Notes: generated from the letters alone by a model not told the origin. Shown: positions 47,347 through 57,112, counted from the first letter of the stretch. The stretch is 64,000 nt of DNA from Minisyncoccota bacterium (GCA_041662525.1 JBAZSF010000002.1:90196-154195), one strand, 5' to 3'. Numbers and translations: made by a program.

Positions 47347-48420
47347 TTATGCTTCCTCTGCAAACTTCTTCTTAATCTCTTTCAAAATTTGTTCAGAAAT
47401 TTTCTTTTCTTCTTTCAAGAATTTTCGAGTAGAATCATAACCAACACCAAGCTTTACTTTTTCCTTTGCCTCGCCAGAGCCTTTGGCGGAGGCGGGTGCT
47501 TTTTCATTAGCTGATGTATAAAAATATGAATTCCCACTTTTTTCTATAATTTTAAATTTCTCTCCGAGTGCCATTATTTCACCTTCTTTAGAAATTCCTT
47601 CATTGTAAATGATGTCAAATTCCGTTTGTTTGAATGGAGCAGCTACTTTATTTTTGACAACTTTGACACGAGTACGGGAACCCACCACTTCTTCTCCCTT
47701 TTTTATTTGAGCGATTTTTCGAATATCAAGTCGAATAGAGGTATAAAATTTCAAGGCTTTTCCTCCAGGGGTAGTTTCTGGATTACCAAACATTACGCCG
47801 ATTTGCATGCGAATTTGATTTATAAAGATAACAACAGTTTTGGATCTAGAAACTATAGCAGTCAGCTTACGGAGGGCTTGAGACATTAGGCGTGCTTGTT
47901 TACCGACATGGTATGCTCCCATATCACCTTCGATTTCGTCTTTCGGGGTGAGGGCAGCTACGGAGTCTATTACGATAACATCAATCTTTCCGGTTCGTAC
48001 CAAGCTCTCTACGATTTCTAGCGCTTGCTCTCCATTGTCTGGTTGAGAAATAAGCAAGTCATTTATATTTACGCCAAGTTTTTTTGTATAATCTGGATCC
48101 ATCGCGTGTTCGGCATCAATATAGGCACACACTCCTCCTTTTTTTTGTGCTTCAGCGACGATATGGAGAGAGAGGGTAGTCTTGCCCGAAGATTCTGGAC
48201 CAAAGATTTCTATAATTCTTCCACGTGGTATTCCACCCACACCGAGCGCCATATCAAGGCCGATAGAACCAGTCGGTATGACATTGATATCTACTTTGGG
48301 TGAATTACCAAATTTCATTATTGAACCTTCTCCAAATTTTGTTTGAATAGCTTTTAAGGTATCTTCCAATACCGCTTCTCCCACTGTTTTATCTTCCTTT
48401 TTTTCTTTTTTCTTAATCAT
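47347..48420 (-). CDS. recA: recombinase RecA
   Basis: [10 protein letters not shown] Walker A and full RecA core. Confidence 0.95.
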   Translation of the reverse strand: MIKKKEKKEDKTVGEAVLEDTLKAIQTKFGEGSIMKFGNSPKVDINVIPTGSIGLDMALGVGGIPRGRIIEIFGPESSGKTTLSLHIVAEAQKKGGVCAYIDAEHAMDPDYTKKLGVNINDLLISQPDNGEQALEIVESLVRTGKIDVIVIDSVAALTPKDEIEGDMGAYHVGKQARLMSQALRKLTAIVSRSKTVVIFINQIRMQIGVMFGNPETTPGGKALKFYTSIRLDIRKIAQIKKGEEVVGSRTRVKVVKNKVAAPFKQTEFDIIYNEGISKEGEIMALGEKFKIIEKSGNSYFYTSANEKAPASAKGSGEAKEKVKLGVGYDSTRKFLKEEKKISEQILKEIKKKFAEEA

Positions 48421-48436
48421 TTTTTTTCATTTACTT

Positions 48437-48516
48437 AAATAATTTTACTTTTTGAAATGGTCTGGCTGGGATAGGGACCCAGAGAACCGAGGACCTTTCA
48501 AAAAGAAAAATTATTT
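48437..48516 (-). repeat. repeat family 1, copy C (core 48457-48495, minus orientation), ~25-60 bp upstream of the recA start
   Basis: Minus-strand core GGTCCTCGGTTCTCTGGGTCCCTATCCCAGCCAGACCATT with locus-specific arms aaataattttactttttgaaa / tttcaaaaagaaaaattattt. The ctggg/cccag hairpin is a compensatory variant of copy A's ccggg/cccgg. Confidence 0.65.
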
Positions 48517-48867
48517 TGGTAAATACATTATTTTATAATTTTTCTCATCAATATAGCCAAATTTATCTTTTGCTTTGATATTGATTATATTATACCCTAA
48601 AAGAAGCGCAATTGTTTCAGTAAAGTTACCTTGCTCGTCTACTGAAATATCTCGTCCGTTCAAGGTTAAATTTATTGCATTTTTTGCCTTACCGGTCAGT
48701 TTTATTGTATTGGATGTTACCGTAATGCCATCTTCTAGATTCACATTTTTAATTTTTACACCGAATATTAAATCTTTAGACCCAAAAATTGCATAAATAA
48801 TAATTAAAATAAAAAAAATAGAAATACCAATTATTTTAATTATTTTTTTAGATAATATTTTCTCCAT
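48511..48867 (-). CDS. hypothetical membrane-anchored protein
   Basis: N-terminal TM helix. Confidence 0.4.
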   Translation of the reverse strand: MEKILSKKIIKIIGISIFFILIIIYAIFGSKDLIFGVKIKNVNLEDGITVTSNTIKLTGKAKNAINLTLNGRDISVDEQGNFTETIALLLGYNIINIKAKDKFGYIDEKNYKIMYLPK

Positions 48868-51088
48868 CGGATGTACGTTCTATTTTTTCCAATACTTCTC
48901 TGGGCTTAGCACCGTCTCCAGGGCCGATGACTCCACGTTCTTCCAGTTTATCCATTAATCGTGCTGCACGCGCATACCCTAATTTTAATTTTCTTTGAAG
49001 ATAAGAAGTTGAAGCTTTACCAGCTTCCATCACACAAATACGAGCCTCTTCATACATTTCATCATCGTCATCATTATTTTCATCTTCGAGAGAACTTTCA
49101 AAGATACTTTTATCTGCTGAGATGGATCCGGCGGTTAAGGTTATTTCTTCAGAGACTTCATCTCTATATGCATCAGCTAGATATTTTACAACTTTTTTAA
49201 CTTCACTTTCGGAAATAAAGGCGCTTTGTAGTCGCTCTGGTTGAGCTTCGCCTGAAGAATACAGCATATCACCAGCACCTAAAAGTTTCTCCGCACCACC
49301 AGCATCCAATATCGTGCGTGAATCTATCTGTGAAGATACTTTGAGGGCTACACGGGCGGGGATGTTAGCTTTAATTAAACCAGTAATGACGTTTACTTCA
49401 GGGCGTTGAGTAGAGAGTATTAAATGTATTCCGACTGCTCGTGACATTTGTGCCAAGCGTACGATTGCAGCTTCGAGTTCTCTAGGATAAGTACTCATTA
49501 TGTCTGCTAGTTCGTCTATGATAATAACGATATAAGGTAGACGGTCGGCGCTTATTTCTTCTTCTGTCCCATCAATATTTGTTTTTTTCCTTTTTTGATT
49601 CTTGTTGAAAACATTATTATGATAGGATTCTATATCTCGTACGGATTCTGTTTCTAGGATATCATAACGACGATCCATTTCTTTTGCTGCCCATTTCAAG
49701 GCGAGAATTGTCTTTTTAGCTTCCGTAATCACAGGCGTAAGTAAATGTGGAATATTATTATAAAGAGTAAGTTCTACCCGTTTTGGGTCTATCAATATGA
49801 GTTTCAAATCTTCTGGTCCGTTCCTGTACAAGAGGGAAGTGATGATGGAGTGTATAGTTACTGATTTTCCTGAGCCGGTTGTTCCTGCTACGAGAGCATG
49901 TGGCATTTTAGCCAAGTTTCCAAAAGTTGCTTTACCAGAAATATTTCTACCTAAAGCTATAGTCAAAGGTTTTGCAGAATTTTGGAATTTTTCGTCAGAA
50001 AGGAGAGTCGCAAGCCCGACGATAGATTTTGATTTATTTGGAATTTCAATACCAACTAAAGATTTGCCAGGAATCGGTGCTTCGATACGGATCGGATGAG
50101 CGGCGAGAGAAAGAGAGAGATCATTTTGGAGGCCCACGATACGAGAAAGCTTTACTCCCTCGGCTGGCTTTAATGCATAACGTGTCACTGTCGGTCCGAT
50201 AGTTATTTCATCCATCTCTACCTCGATGCCAAAGTTTGCAAGTGTGCGTTTGATAATATTTGCATTTGCTTTTATGTCGCCAGTATTTGGTTTACCTTTA
50301 TCTTCTTCCAAGAGCGAGAGTGGGGGAGGGACATAAGAACTTAACCCGCTTTTTATTTTTTTAATTGGAATTTCTTCTTCCTCTTCACTTTTTTTAATAC
50401 CCAAAGCTTTTTTGACTTTTTCACTAGCAGTTTCTTTTTCTTCTTCATCTACATCAGGCATAGATTTCTCCACTTCTTTTATCTCTTCTTCATTTAAAGT
50501 ACCTTGAACATCTTCTGGAGTTTTTTTCTTTGAAAAGAAAGACCAAATTTTTGTGAAAAATGGAGCAAAGTTGGGCTTTGCATCGAGCATCATTAGAATT
50601 GAAATTATTAAAATTGCTCCGAGTAAAACAAGACTCGCGTATATATCAAAAAGAGAAACGAACGGTGTCGATAATATTTCTCCGAGTAGTCCACCGGAAT
50701 GAACGCTCGCTTCGGGATCACCAGTACCCCCTGCTATGTTTATTATTCCTAAACCCGAAAGTAAAAACATTATTCCACTCACTGTGCGTGTCCATCCTAT
50801 GTCTGGCACTTCTGATTTTATAAATGAATATCCAAGCAAGAGAAATAAAGTTGGCAGAAGAAAATATCCGACAGTACCGAGAAGCATTTGAAAAATATCG
50901 TAAATAAATACACCGGCCTTTCCTGCGATATTTGCATAAGACATTAAAAAAAATAATGCCAGAACAAAAAAAATTATTGCTATGATTCCGTGTTTGGTAT
51001 GAGTTTGTAATCCCATTGTTGGTGTTGAAACTTTTTTATCATTCTTAACATTTCTACCATTCTTTTTTCCATTTTCATTTTTCGCCAT
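48848..51088 (-). CDS. ftsK: DNA translocase FtsK/SpoIIIE
   Basis: N-terminal TM domain, Walker A GTTGSGKSV and a gamma (winged-helix) C-terminus. Confidence 0.9.
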   Translation of the reverse strand: MAKNENGKKNGRNVKNDKKVSTPTMGLQTHTKHGIIAIIFFVLALFFLMSYANIAGKAGVFIYDIFQMLLGTVGYFLLPTLFLLLGYSFIKSEVPDIGWTRTVSGIMFLLSGLGIINIAGGTGDPEASVHSGGLLGEILSTPFVSLFDIYASLVLLGAILIISILMMLDAKPNFAPFFTKIWSFFSKKKTPEDVQGTLNEEEIKEVEKSMPDVDEEEKETASEKVKKALGIKKSEEEEEIPIKKIKSGLSSYVPPPLSLLEEDKGKPNTGDIKANANIIKRTLANFGIEVEMDEITIGPTVTRYALKPAEGVKLSRIVGLQNDLSLSLAAHPIRIEAPIPGKSLVGIEIPNKSKSIVGLATLLSDEKFQNSAKPLTIALGRNISGKATFGNLAKMPHALVAGTTGSGKSVTIHSIITSLLYRNGPEDLKLILIDPKRVELTLYNNIPHLLTPVITEAKKTILALKWAAKEMDRRYDILETESVRDIESYHNNVFNKNQKRKKTNIDGTEEEISADRLPYIVIIIDELADIMSTYPRELEAAIVRLAQMSRAVGIHLILSTQRPEVNVITGLIKANIPARVALKVSSQIDSRTILDAGGAEKLLGAGDMLYSSGEAQPERLQSAFISESEVKKVVKYLADAYRDEVSEEITLTAGSISADKSIFESSLEDENNDDDDEMYEEARICVMEAGKASTSYLQRKLKLGYARAARLMDKLEERGVIGPGDGAKPREVLEKIERTSDGENII

Positions 51089-51304
51089 TTAGATATTTTA
51101 GCATAAAATAAAAAAATTAGAGTAGTCTTTTAAATGCCTTGCGCAGGAACTTAGAAAATAAAAATGGTAATCCATTTATTATTTTCTTGAGTGACGAGCA
51201 GAGCAAATTTTCAGCAGGAAATTATGTGTGCATTTTAAAGACTACTCTAATTTTTTATTAGTATTTTACCTTGCTTTTTTGGATGTCTTATATATAATGG
51301 ACAG

Positions 51305-52138
51305 ATGTTTAAGGAAGAAAAAAACATCAAAGACTCCATAAAAGACACTTCTTCTTCTCCTGTTCCATATCGAGCCTCAGGTTTTGGCATGATGTCCTAT
51401 ACAAAAACAAATAAGCTTATTACTGCACTTTATATGGTTACGGACATTATAGACAAAGATGAACCACTTAGGAATAAATTAAGGACATTGGGAGTAGAAG
51501 TTATATCAGACATGAATTCTACTTCTCTGAATGTTTGCAGTAAAATATCAGAGATAGTGTCCTTTTTAGACATTGCTTCTGCTGTAAATATTATTTCTGA
51601 GATGAATCATTCTATTCTTAAAAAAGAGTTTTTTGAATTAAATCAATCTGTAAAAAAGTCTGTGGGTGAAGTTAAAACTATAGATAAGCAAATAGATCTT
51701 TCTGAATTTTTTAGAGAGGAATTGCCTCCAGCTAGACAAAGTTTAAGCGAAGAGGGGGAGAAAGGAAATTATATAGGACATCATAACGGACATCAATATT
51801 CTACTAGAGTTGGGGTCCAGAAAGGAAGCACTTTGATGAAAGCCTTGTCCGATAAGATTAATAATAAAAGACTCCAAGATTTACATAATTCTTATGCCCA
51901 AAATTTTGACATATTTAAAAAACAAAGACGTGAAGATATAATAAATATTATTAAAGCTATTAGTGGAAACGGCACAATAAAGGACATAAAGGACAGAGCA
52001 AAGAGTTCCCCTAACGAATTTAAATCGCTCGTTTCTTCAAGTGAAAAGACGCTTCAAAGAGAGCTCGTTTCTATGGTAAAAGATGGTGTCCTTAAAAAAA
52101 CAGGGGAGAAGCGTTGGAGTAAATATTTTTTAAAATAA
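51305..52138 (+). CDS. hypothetical protein with C-terminal winged-helix-like segment
   Basis: The C-terminal LVSMVKDGVLKKTGEKRWSKY resembles a wHTH recognition helix and wing. Confidence 0.4.
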   Translation: MFKEEKNIKDSIKDTSSSPVPYRASGFGMMSYTKTNKLITALYMVTDIIDKDEPLRNKLRTLGVEVISDMNSTSLNVCSKISEIVSFLDIASAVNIISEMNHSILKKEFFELNQSVKKSVGEVKTIDKQIDLSEFFREELPPARQSLSEEGEKGNYIGHHNGHQYSTRVGVQKGSTLMKALSDKINNKRLQDLHNSYAQNFDIFKKQRREDIINIIKAISGNGTIKDIKDRAKSSPNEFKSLVSSSEKTLQRELVSMVKDGVLKKTGEKRWSKYFLK

Positions 52139-52158
52139 ATTTTATTCAACCCCTTCAA

Positions 52159-52228
52159 CCTCCCTTGTTAGGGGAGGCGTGAATATTCCCCCTGACAAGG
52201 GGGATAAAGGGGGTTGCGTTTTTATTTT
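52159..52228 (+). terminator. paired GC hairpins followed by a T run (probable terminator)
   Basis: cctccc-ttgtta-ggggagg and ccccct-gaca-aggggg, then gtttttatttt. Confidence 0.45.
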
Positions 52229-52302
52229 CTGTTCTTGCTTTTTCTCTAAAAATAAGATAAGATGAACTAGTGGATATTGGTTTCATATGGTTTATTTGAC
52301 CC

Positions 52303-52313
52303 AGTTATCCACA
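52303..52313 (+). promoter_or_regulatory. AGTTATCCACA box
   Basis: Exact 11-mer in a 590-bp AT-rich intergenic region upstream of the surface-protein gene. Confidence 0.4.
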
Positions 52314-52600
52314 TAATATATTGCTATATTTTTTAGAGATATATTATAATGTTGTTATGTTCATGAGTTACACATTCTTTGTGTAGTTTGTGTTCGAAAG
52401 TTATTTATTTTTTATTCAAGATTTCGTCGAAAAAATCTTGGAAGAAAATAGATCCCTGCTAAACATCCTGAAGTTTTACTAAAGGATTTTGGTTGGGTAA
52501 AGAAAGGTCATTGAAAACCGAATAGCTATGTTTTCAATGTTAGTTTATCTCTGTTCATTATTTATTTGTCCACCCCATTATTAGCAATTATTAATTTATT

Positions 52601-52610
52601 GGTGGATAAG
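52601..52610 (-). promoter_or_regulatory. TTATCCACC box (one mismatch)
   Basis: Second DnaA-box-like site in the same intergenic region. Confidence 0.3.
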
Positions 52611-52727
52611 AAATAATGATAGGAAAAAATACGCTTTTAGTTTTGTCGAAACTAATTAAATGGCGTAAAGTTTTGTAGTTTAATTTTAAAAAGAATTTTA
52701 TTACAAAACAAAAATTAGAAAAAATTT

Positions 52728-54797
52728 ATGAGTAAATTATTAAAATCAAAATTTCTTCTTGGAGTTATGGCTGTAGCAGTTATGTTTGTTGGTGTCGTTG
52801 CAATTTCTGCAGAGACAGCTTCAGCTGATACTTGCTCAACAGGTACAACTACATTAAGAGTAGGTTCAAGAGGTGCTGCAGTAACTTGTCTTCAAGCTAC
52901 TTTGGATGCTGGAATCGCCGCTGATGGTGTTTTCGGTCCAAAGACTCAAGCTAGAGTTATGGCTTGGCAGTCAGATCATGGTCTAGTAGCTGATGGAGTA
53001 TTCGGTCCTAAATCAAGAGCTGTATTTGTTGCTGGTGGTGCCGTAGTAGTTGTTCCTGGTCTTCCAGCAGGTTGTACATCAACCGCAGGATTCAGTTCAA
53101 CAACTGGCGCATCATGTGCAACAGGAGCAACTGGTCCTTGTACTGGTGGAGCATTATTTAATTCTGTAACAGGAGCTTCATGTTCAAGTACTCTTCCAGC
53201 AGGTTGTACAACAACCGCAGGATTCAGTCCAACAACAGGAGTTTCATGTTCTTCAACAACACCAGTTATAAGTGCAAGTGGTGAAGGTTCAATTGCAGTA
53301 ACCTACAATCCAACTCCTACAAATAGCCTTGCTATTAATAAAGGAGAGGAAAAAGAAGCCTTTGGTATAAAAATCAAAGCTTCAGGTTCTGATATGACAG
53401 TCAATCGTGTTTGGATCAACCTTACTGATGGAACAAGTGCTAGCCCACGTATATGGCTATCTGCTGACAAGGCAACCTTGTTAGACGGTTCAACTGTTCT
53501 AGGAGAAATTGCGCTTTCATCTTCAACAGTAACAGAAATTACTGCAGGAGCTGAATATCAACTTCAATTCAATGGTTTGAATGTTACAGTTCCAAAAGAT
53601 GGTACAAAAGTATTGTCAGTTAAATTCCGTCGCCCAACTCTTACTTCAGACAGTGGAACAATCTTAATCGCTGCAAACGGAGTTTCTGTAAGAGCAACTG
53701 ATGGTGCTGGTCTTTCAGATGCATATACAATTGCAGCAACACGTACTTTGAATTTTGCTAACGTTGCAGGAGCAACAGGTACATTGACAGCTACATTGGC
53801 TTCAACCTCACCAGCAAATCGAGCAGTTAATGGTCTTAGTACTACTTCTGGTGTTACCACTGATGTTAAATTGATGGATTTCAATCTTAAGGCAACAGAT
53901 GGAGCAATCAATGTTTCTGCTCTTTCTGGTACTATTACTAACGCTGGTACATGTGCTGATACAGGTACAACATCAGAGTGTCTCTCTTCAATAGAGCTTC
54001 GAGATGGTTCAACTGTTCTTGATTCAGTTACAGGAGCTAACGTTTTTGCTTTCGCTGACTTGAGTGTTGATATCTCAGCAGACACAACAAAGATGTTGTC
54101 AGTCTGGGCTAAAGTAAATCCTGTATTGGCAAGTAACGTTGTTGCAGGTGATTCAGTTTACGCAGTTGTTAACTCAATTACCGCTACAACTGGTACTGAC
54201 TTTACCGCTATCGTTGATTCCTTTAGTGTAACTGGAAACGCTCAAGTTTTCTATGCTGATGGTATAAATGTAAGCTTAGTATCAAAGAGCGCAACAAAGA
54301 CAGTTTCACCTGATACAGCAACTACAACTGATTCTGGTTCATATGTCATCAATTTTGACGTAACCGCAGTCGGTGCAGACATGTATCTTGATAAATCATC
54401 AACACTTAATATTGTTGCTGGTGGCGTAGATGCTGCTGCGGGACAAGGTGTATTGTTTGAAATCTATAAGAATGGGGTAGCTGTAGATCAAGCTGTAGCA
54501 AACTTTGCAGCTGGTCCAGCATCTGTTCTTAGTGTTGATGGTTCTACAGTTGGAACCGTAGACAACCTTACCAACAAGTTCAAGATTACTGAAGGAGAGA
54601 CTCGTCATTTTCATTTGACAGTTGCCGTCGGTCTTGATACTACAGGTACAAATGGTGATGGATTCTACCGAGTAGGTATGCCTTCTATCAACTGGACAAG
54701 TGTAACAACAGATAATGACCTAGCAGCTAACTACTACACATTTGGTCTTAGTGATTTCGTAACACCTGACTTGACTCTTAGTGACTACGCTCTTTAA
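52728..54797 (+). CDS. secreted surface protein: N-terminal peptidoglycan-binding (PG_binding_1-like) tandem domains + Cys-motif repeats + T/S/A/V-rich beta region
   Basis: Signal peptide. LRVGSRGAAVTCLQATLDAGIAADGVFGPKTQARVMAWQSDHGLVADGVFGPKS matches the PG-binding domain. Three copies of a GCT(S/T)TAGFS.TTG(A/V)SC motif follow. Confidence 0.7.
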   Translation: MSKLLKSKFLLGVMAVAVMFVGVVAISAETASADTCSTGTTTLRVGSRGAAVTCLQATLDAGIAADGVFGPKTQARVMAWQSDHGLVADGVFGPKSRAVFVAGGAVVVVPGLPAGCTSTAGFSSTTGASCATGATGPCTGGALFNSVTGASCSSTLPAGCTTTAGFSPTTGVSCSSTTPVISASGEGSIAVTYNPTPTNSLAINKGEEKEAFGIKIKASGSDMTVNRVWINLTDGTSASPRIWLSADKATLLDGSTVLGEIALSSSTVTEITAGAEYQLQFNGLNVTVPKDGTKVLSVKFRRPTLTSDSGTILIAANGVSVRATDGAGLSDAYTIAATRTLNFANVAGATGTLTATLASTSPANRAVNGLSTTSGVTTDVKLMDFNLKATDGAINVSALSGTITNAGTCADTGTTSECLSSIELRDGSTVLDSVTGANVFAFADLSVDISADTTKMLSVWAKVNPVLASNVVAGDSVYAVVNSITATTGTDFTAIVDSFSVTGNAQVFYADGINVSLVSKSATKTVSPDTATTTDSGSYVINFDVTAVGADMYLDKSSTLNIVAGGVDAAAGQGVLFEIYKNGVAVDQAVANFAAGPASVLSVDGSTVGTVDNLTNKFKITEGETRHFHLTVAVGLDTTGTNGDGFYRVGMPSINWTSVTTDNDLAANYYTFGLSDFVTPDLTLSDYAL

Positions 54798-54855
54798 TTA
54801 GAAGCTAGTTTACTTAGATAAATCAGTTCTGGTTAATACGCCTTAAAAAGTATTC

Positions 54856-54890
54856 AAAAAACCACTCTTAATTGAGTGGTTTTTTGTTTG
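54856..54890 (+). terminator. rho-independent terminator
   Basis: aaaaaccactc-ttaatt-gagtggttttt. Confidence 0.8.
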
Positions 54891-54922
54891 TGTTTTTTAA
54901 ATAATTTTTTTATTGGAAAATA

Positions 54923-54933
54923 AGTTATCCACA
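54923..54933 (+). promoter_or_regulatory. AGTTATCCACA box
   Basis: Exact 11-mer, 114 bp upstream of the surface-protein gene at 55047. Confidence 0.4.
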
Positions 54934-55046
54934 GTACATGATGATGTGATTATTTCTATTTGATTGTATAATTATAATGTTAATTCTAAATTAAGGTTGT
55001 GTTTTTTATTATTAATGTCGATTATTATTATTAATTTATTTTTATT

Positions 55047-57032
55047 ATGAAATTTAATTTAAAAAATGTTTTTCTATCAATCGGAGTTCTTGTTTTATCT
55101 TTTGTGATGTTCGCAGGCAAAGCAGATGCCGTAGCGATATCTTCTAATGGTACAGGTGGTGGTGCTTTCGGGAGTACTAGTACATGGGCGGGGGGTGTCG
55201 TTCCTTCTGCAGCCGACGATATAACAATCGTTTCGGGTGATACTGTGACCGTGGCAGATGATACTACTGATACCACAGGATCAATAACCATTGATGATGG
55301 AGGTGCTCTTACAGTTAGTGGTACTCTTACAGTTACTGACCCAGCCTTTGTGGCCAACAACGGTACCCTTACTGTTACGACTTCTTTAACAGGGGACGGT
55401 ACAGTCACAAATGGTGCTACTGGTGTATTGAACATCGGGGGAGCAGTTGACGTAACGACTCTTACTGCCACAGTATCTGGTAACATCGTAAATTACACAG
55501 GGGCTGGACAAACTTGTAAGGCAACGACTTATTACAACTTGAGATTTACTGGAAGTGGTTCAGTGACTTGTGCTCCAGTAGCTACAACTAATATTCTAAC
55601 AAGTGGTACTCCATCTTGGACTTTGTCATCAGCTTTCACTAATGCTGGGACTTTGACTGTTGGATCAGGAACTACTATCATTACTGCTGGTTTTGCTTTT
55701 ACAGTATCTGGTGTTACTACTATTAATGGTGGTACTTTGACTTTAACGAACAACACTGGAGCAAAAACATTTACTGGTCTTGTTACAGTAAACAGTGGAA
55801 CTTTAAATGGTGCAAGTACTAACATTATTACTTCAGCAGGTATTGCCAACGTTGCCGGAACAGTTTCTATTACAGGAACAGATACTATAGGTACAGCTGG
55901 AGCTACATTTAGTGGTACTAACGCTATTGCGAACTTGATTATTTCTACAGGAACAACTACTAACTCTGGAACTATGACTATTAGTGGTGCTTTGACTGTT
56001 AATGGAGCAATGACCAACAGTGGTACTTTGACTGCTGCTGCTGTCGCTGCAAGTAGTAATACACTTACAAACAGTGGAACTGCTACTATCACCACTTTTT
56101 CTGGCACATTAGTCGGACTTACAAACACTGGTACTTTAAATCTTGCGGGAGCAACTACCGCTGCCGCTGACATTACAACTTTGACTGCAGGAACAGCAGG
56201 TACAGTTAATTATAATTTAGCAGGAAATCAAACTATTAAAACTGGAACTTATTATGATCTTACTCTAAGTGGTGGTGGTTCTGCAGTAAAAACCATTTTA
56301 GCTACTACGACTGTTGTTCATGATTTAAGCATAGCTGCTTCAACAATAGCTAGTTTAACAAATGGTGGTTCTTCTACTGCTAATGGTTTGAAATTTGCTG
56401 GAAATTATCAACATGGAGGTTCATGGGGTGGTGCTGATTCTGCCGCAACACAAAAAAGTGCTACTTATTTTGCAGGAACTGTGACTGGTATTGTAACTGT
56501 TGCTGTAAGTCATACTGGTGGTAACCCAAATGAAGAAACTATAATAGTTATTCCAGCTACTCCAGCCGTTGCGCAAAGTACTGTACCTGTAACCATTCAA
56601 ATTACTCCAGAAATTACTATGGTTACGACATCTCCAGGTTGTTCTGGTGGAAATTTGTTTAATACTTCTACTGGTGCAGCTTGTGTAAATAATCCTGCAG
56701 TCCCAGAAGGATGTGGGGGAGGGAAGGCTTTTAGTCCTGTCACCGGTCAAGCTTGTCCAGCAAGTTCAACTACGACTGTCACCACTACTACAACAACAAC
56801 CACAACTTACAATTTCGGTACCACAACTCTTAAAAATGGAAGTAGAGGAGAAGCGGTGAAGGAACTTCAGAGATTCTTGAATGCTAAATTGAGTCTTGGT
56901 TTGGTAGTTGATGGAATATTAGGTCCAAAAACTATTAAAGTGATCAAACAATGGCAAAAAGATCGTGGTCTAGTAGCTGACGGTCTCATCGGTGCAAAAA
57001 CAAAAGCAAAGATGAATGCAGAAGCTAACTAA
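55047..57032 (+). CDS. secreted surface protein, T/G/S/A-rich, with C-terminal Cys-motif repeats and a peptidoglycan-binding domain (paralogue of 52728..54797)
   Basis: Signal peptide. GCSGGNLFNTSTGAACV and EGCGGGKAFSPVTGQACP motifs, a poly-Thr linker, and LKNGSRGEAVKELQRFLNAKLSLGLVVDGILGPKT...DRGLVADGLIGAKT matching the PG-binding domain. Confidence 0.7.
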   Translation: MKFNLKNVFLSIGVLVLSFVMFAGKADAVAISSNGTGGGAFGSTSTWAGGVVPSAADDITIVSGDTVTVADDTTDTTGSITIDDGGALTVSGTLTVTDPAFVANNGTLTVTTSLTGDGTVTNGATGVLNIGGAVDVTTLTATVSGNIVNYTGAGQTCKATTYYNLRFTGSGSVTCAPVATTNILTSGTPSWTLSSAFTNAGTLTVGSGTTIITAGFAFTVSGVTTINGGTLTLTNNTGAKTFTGLVTVNSGTLNGASTNIITSAGIANVAGTVSITGTDTIGTAGATFSGTNAIANLIISTGTTTNSGTMTISGALTVNGAMTNSGTLTAAAVAASSNTLTNSGTATITTFSGTLVGLTNTGTLNLAGATTAAADITTLTAGTAGTVNYNLAGNQTIKTGTYYDLTLSGGGSAVKTILATTTVVHDLSIAASTIASLTNGGSSTANGLKFAGNYQHGGSWGGADSAATQKSATYFAGTVTGIVTVAVSHTGGNPNEETIIVIPATPAVAQSTVPVTIQITPEITMVTTSPGCSGGNLFNTSTGAACVNNPAVPEGCGGGKAFSPVTGQACPASSTTTVTTTTTTTTTYNFGTTTLKNGSRGEAVKELQRFLNAKLSLGLVVDGILGPKTIKVIKQWQKDRGLVADGLIGAKTKAKMNAEAN

Positions 57033-57058
57033 CTAAACTTAATTTCTAAAGTTTATTG

Positions 57059-57100
57059 AAAACCCCGTCGCTCACGAGCGACGGGGTTTTGTTTTTGTGG
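57059..57100 (+). terminator. rho-independent terminator
   Basis: aaaaccccgtcgctc-acg-agcgacggggttttgttttt. Confidence 0.85.
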
Positions 57101-57112
57101 CTTTATTTTGAT

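Noticed and set aside
47234-47440. 68-aa ORF 47234..47440 (+).
   Set aside because: It overlaps repeat family 2 and the 3' end of recA in antisense. It has no coding-like features.
52140-52727. 590-bp AT-rich intergenic region with two DnaA-like boxes as oriC.
   Set aside because: Only two boxes are present and no dnaA or dnaN lies nearby. The same 11-mer recurs upstream of other surface-protein genes, so a regulatory motif is at least as likely. It is retained as a hypothesis within the motif finding.
53564-56750. Long minus-strand ORFs (53564..54085, 55031..55486, 55532..56173, 56421..56750) inside the surface-protein genes.
   Set aside because: They are antisense to strongly supported signal-peptide proteins. 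Their length is a by-product of the GC- and Thr/Ala/Gly/Val-rich codon composition, and their translations are low-complexity.
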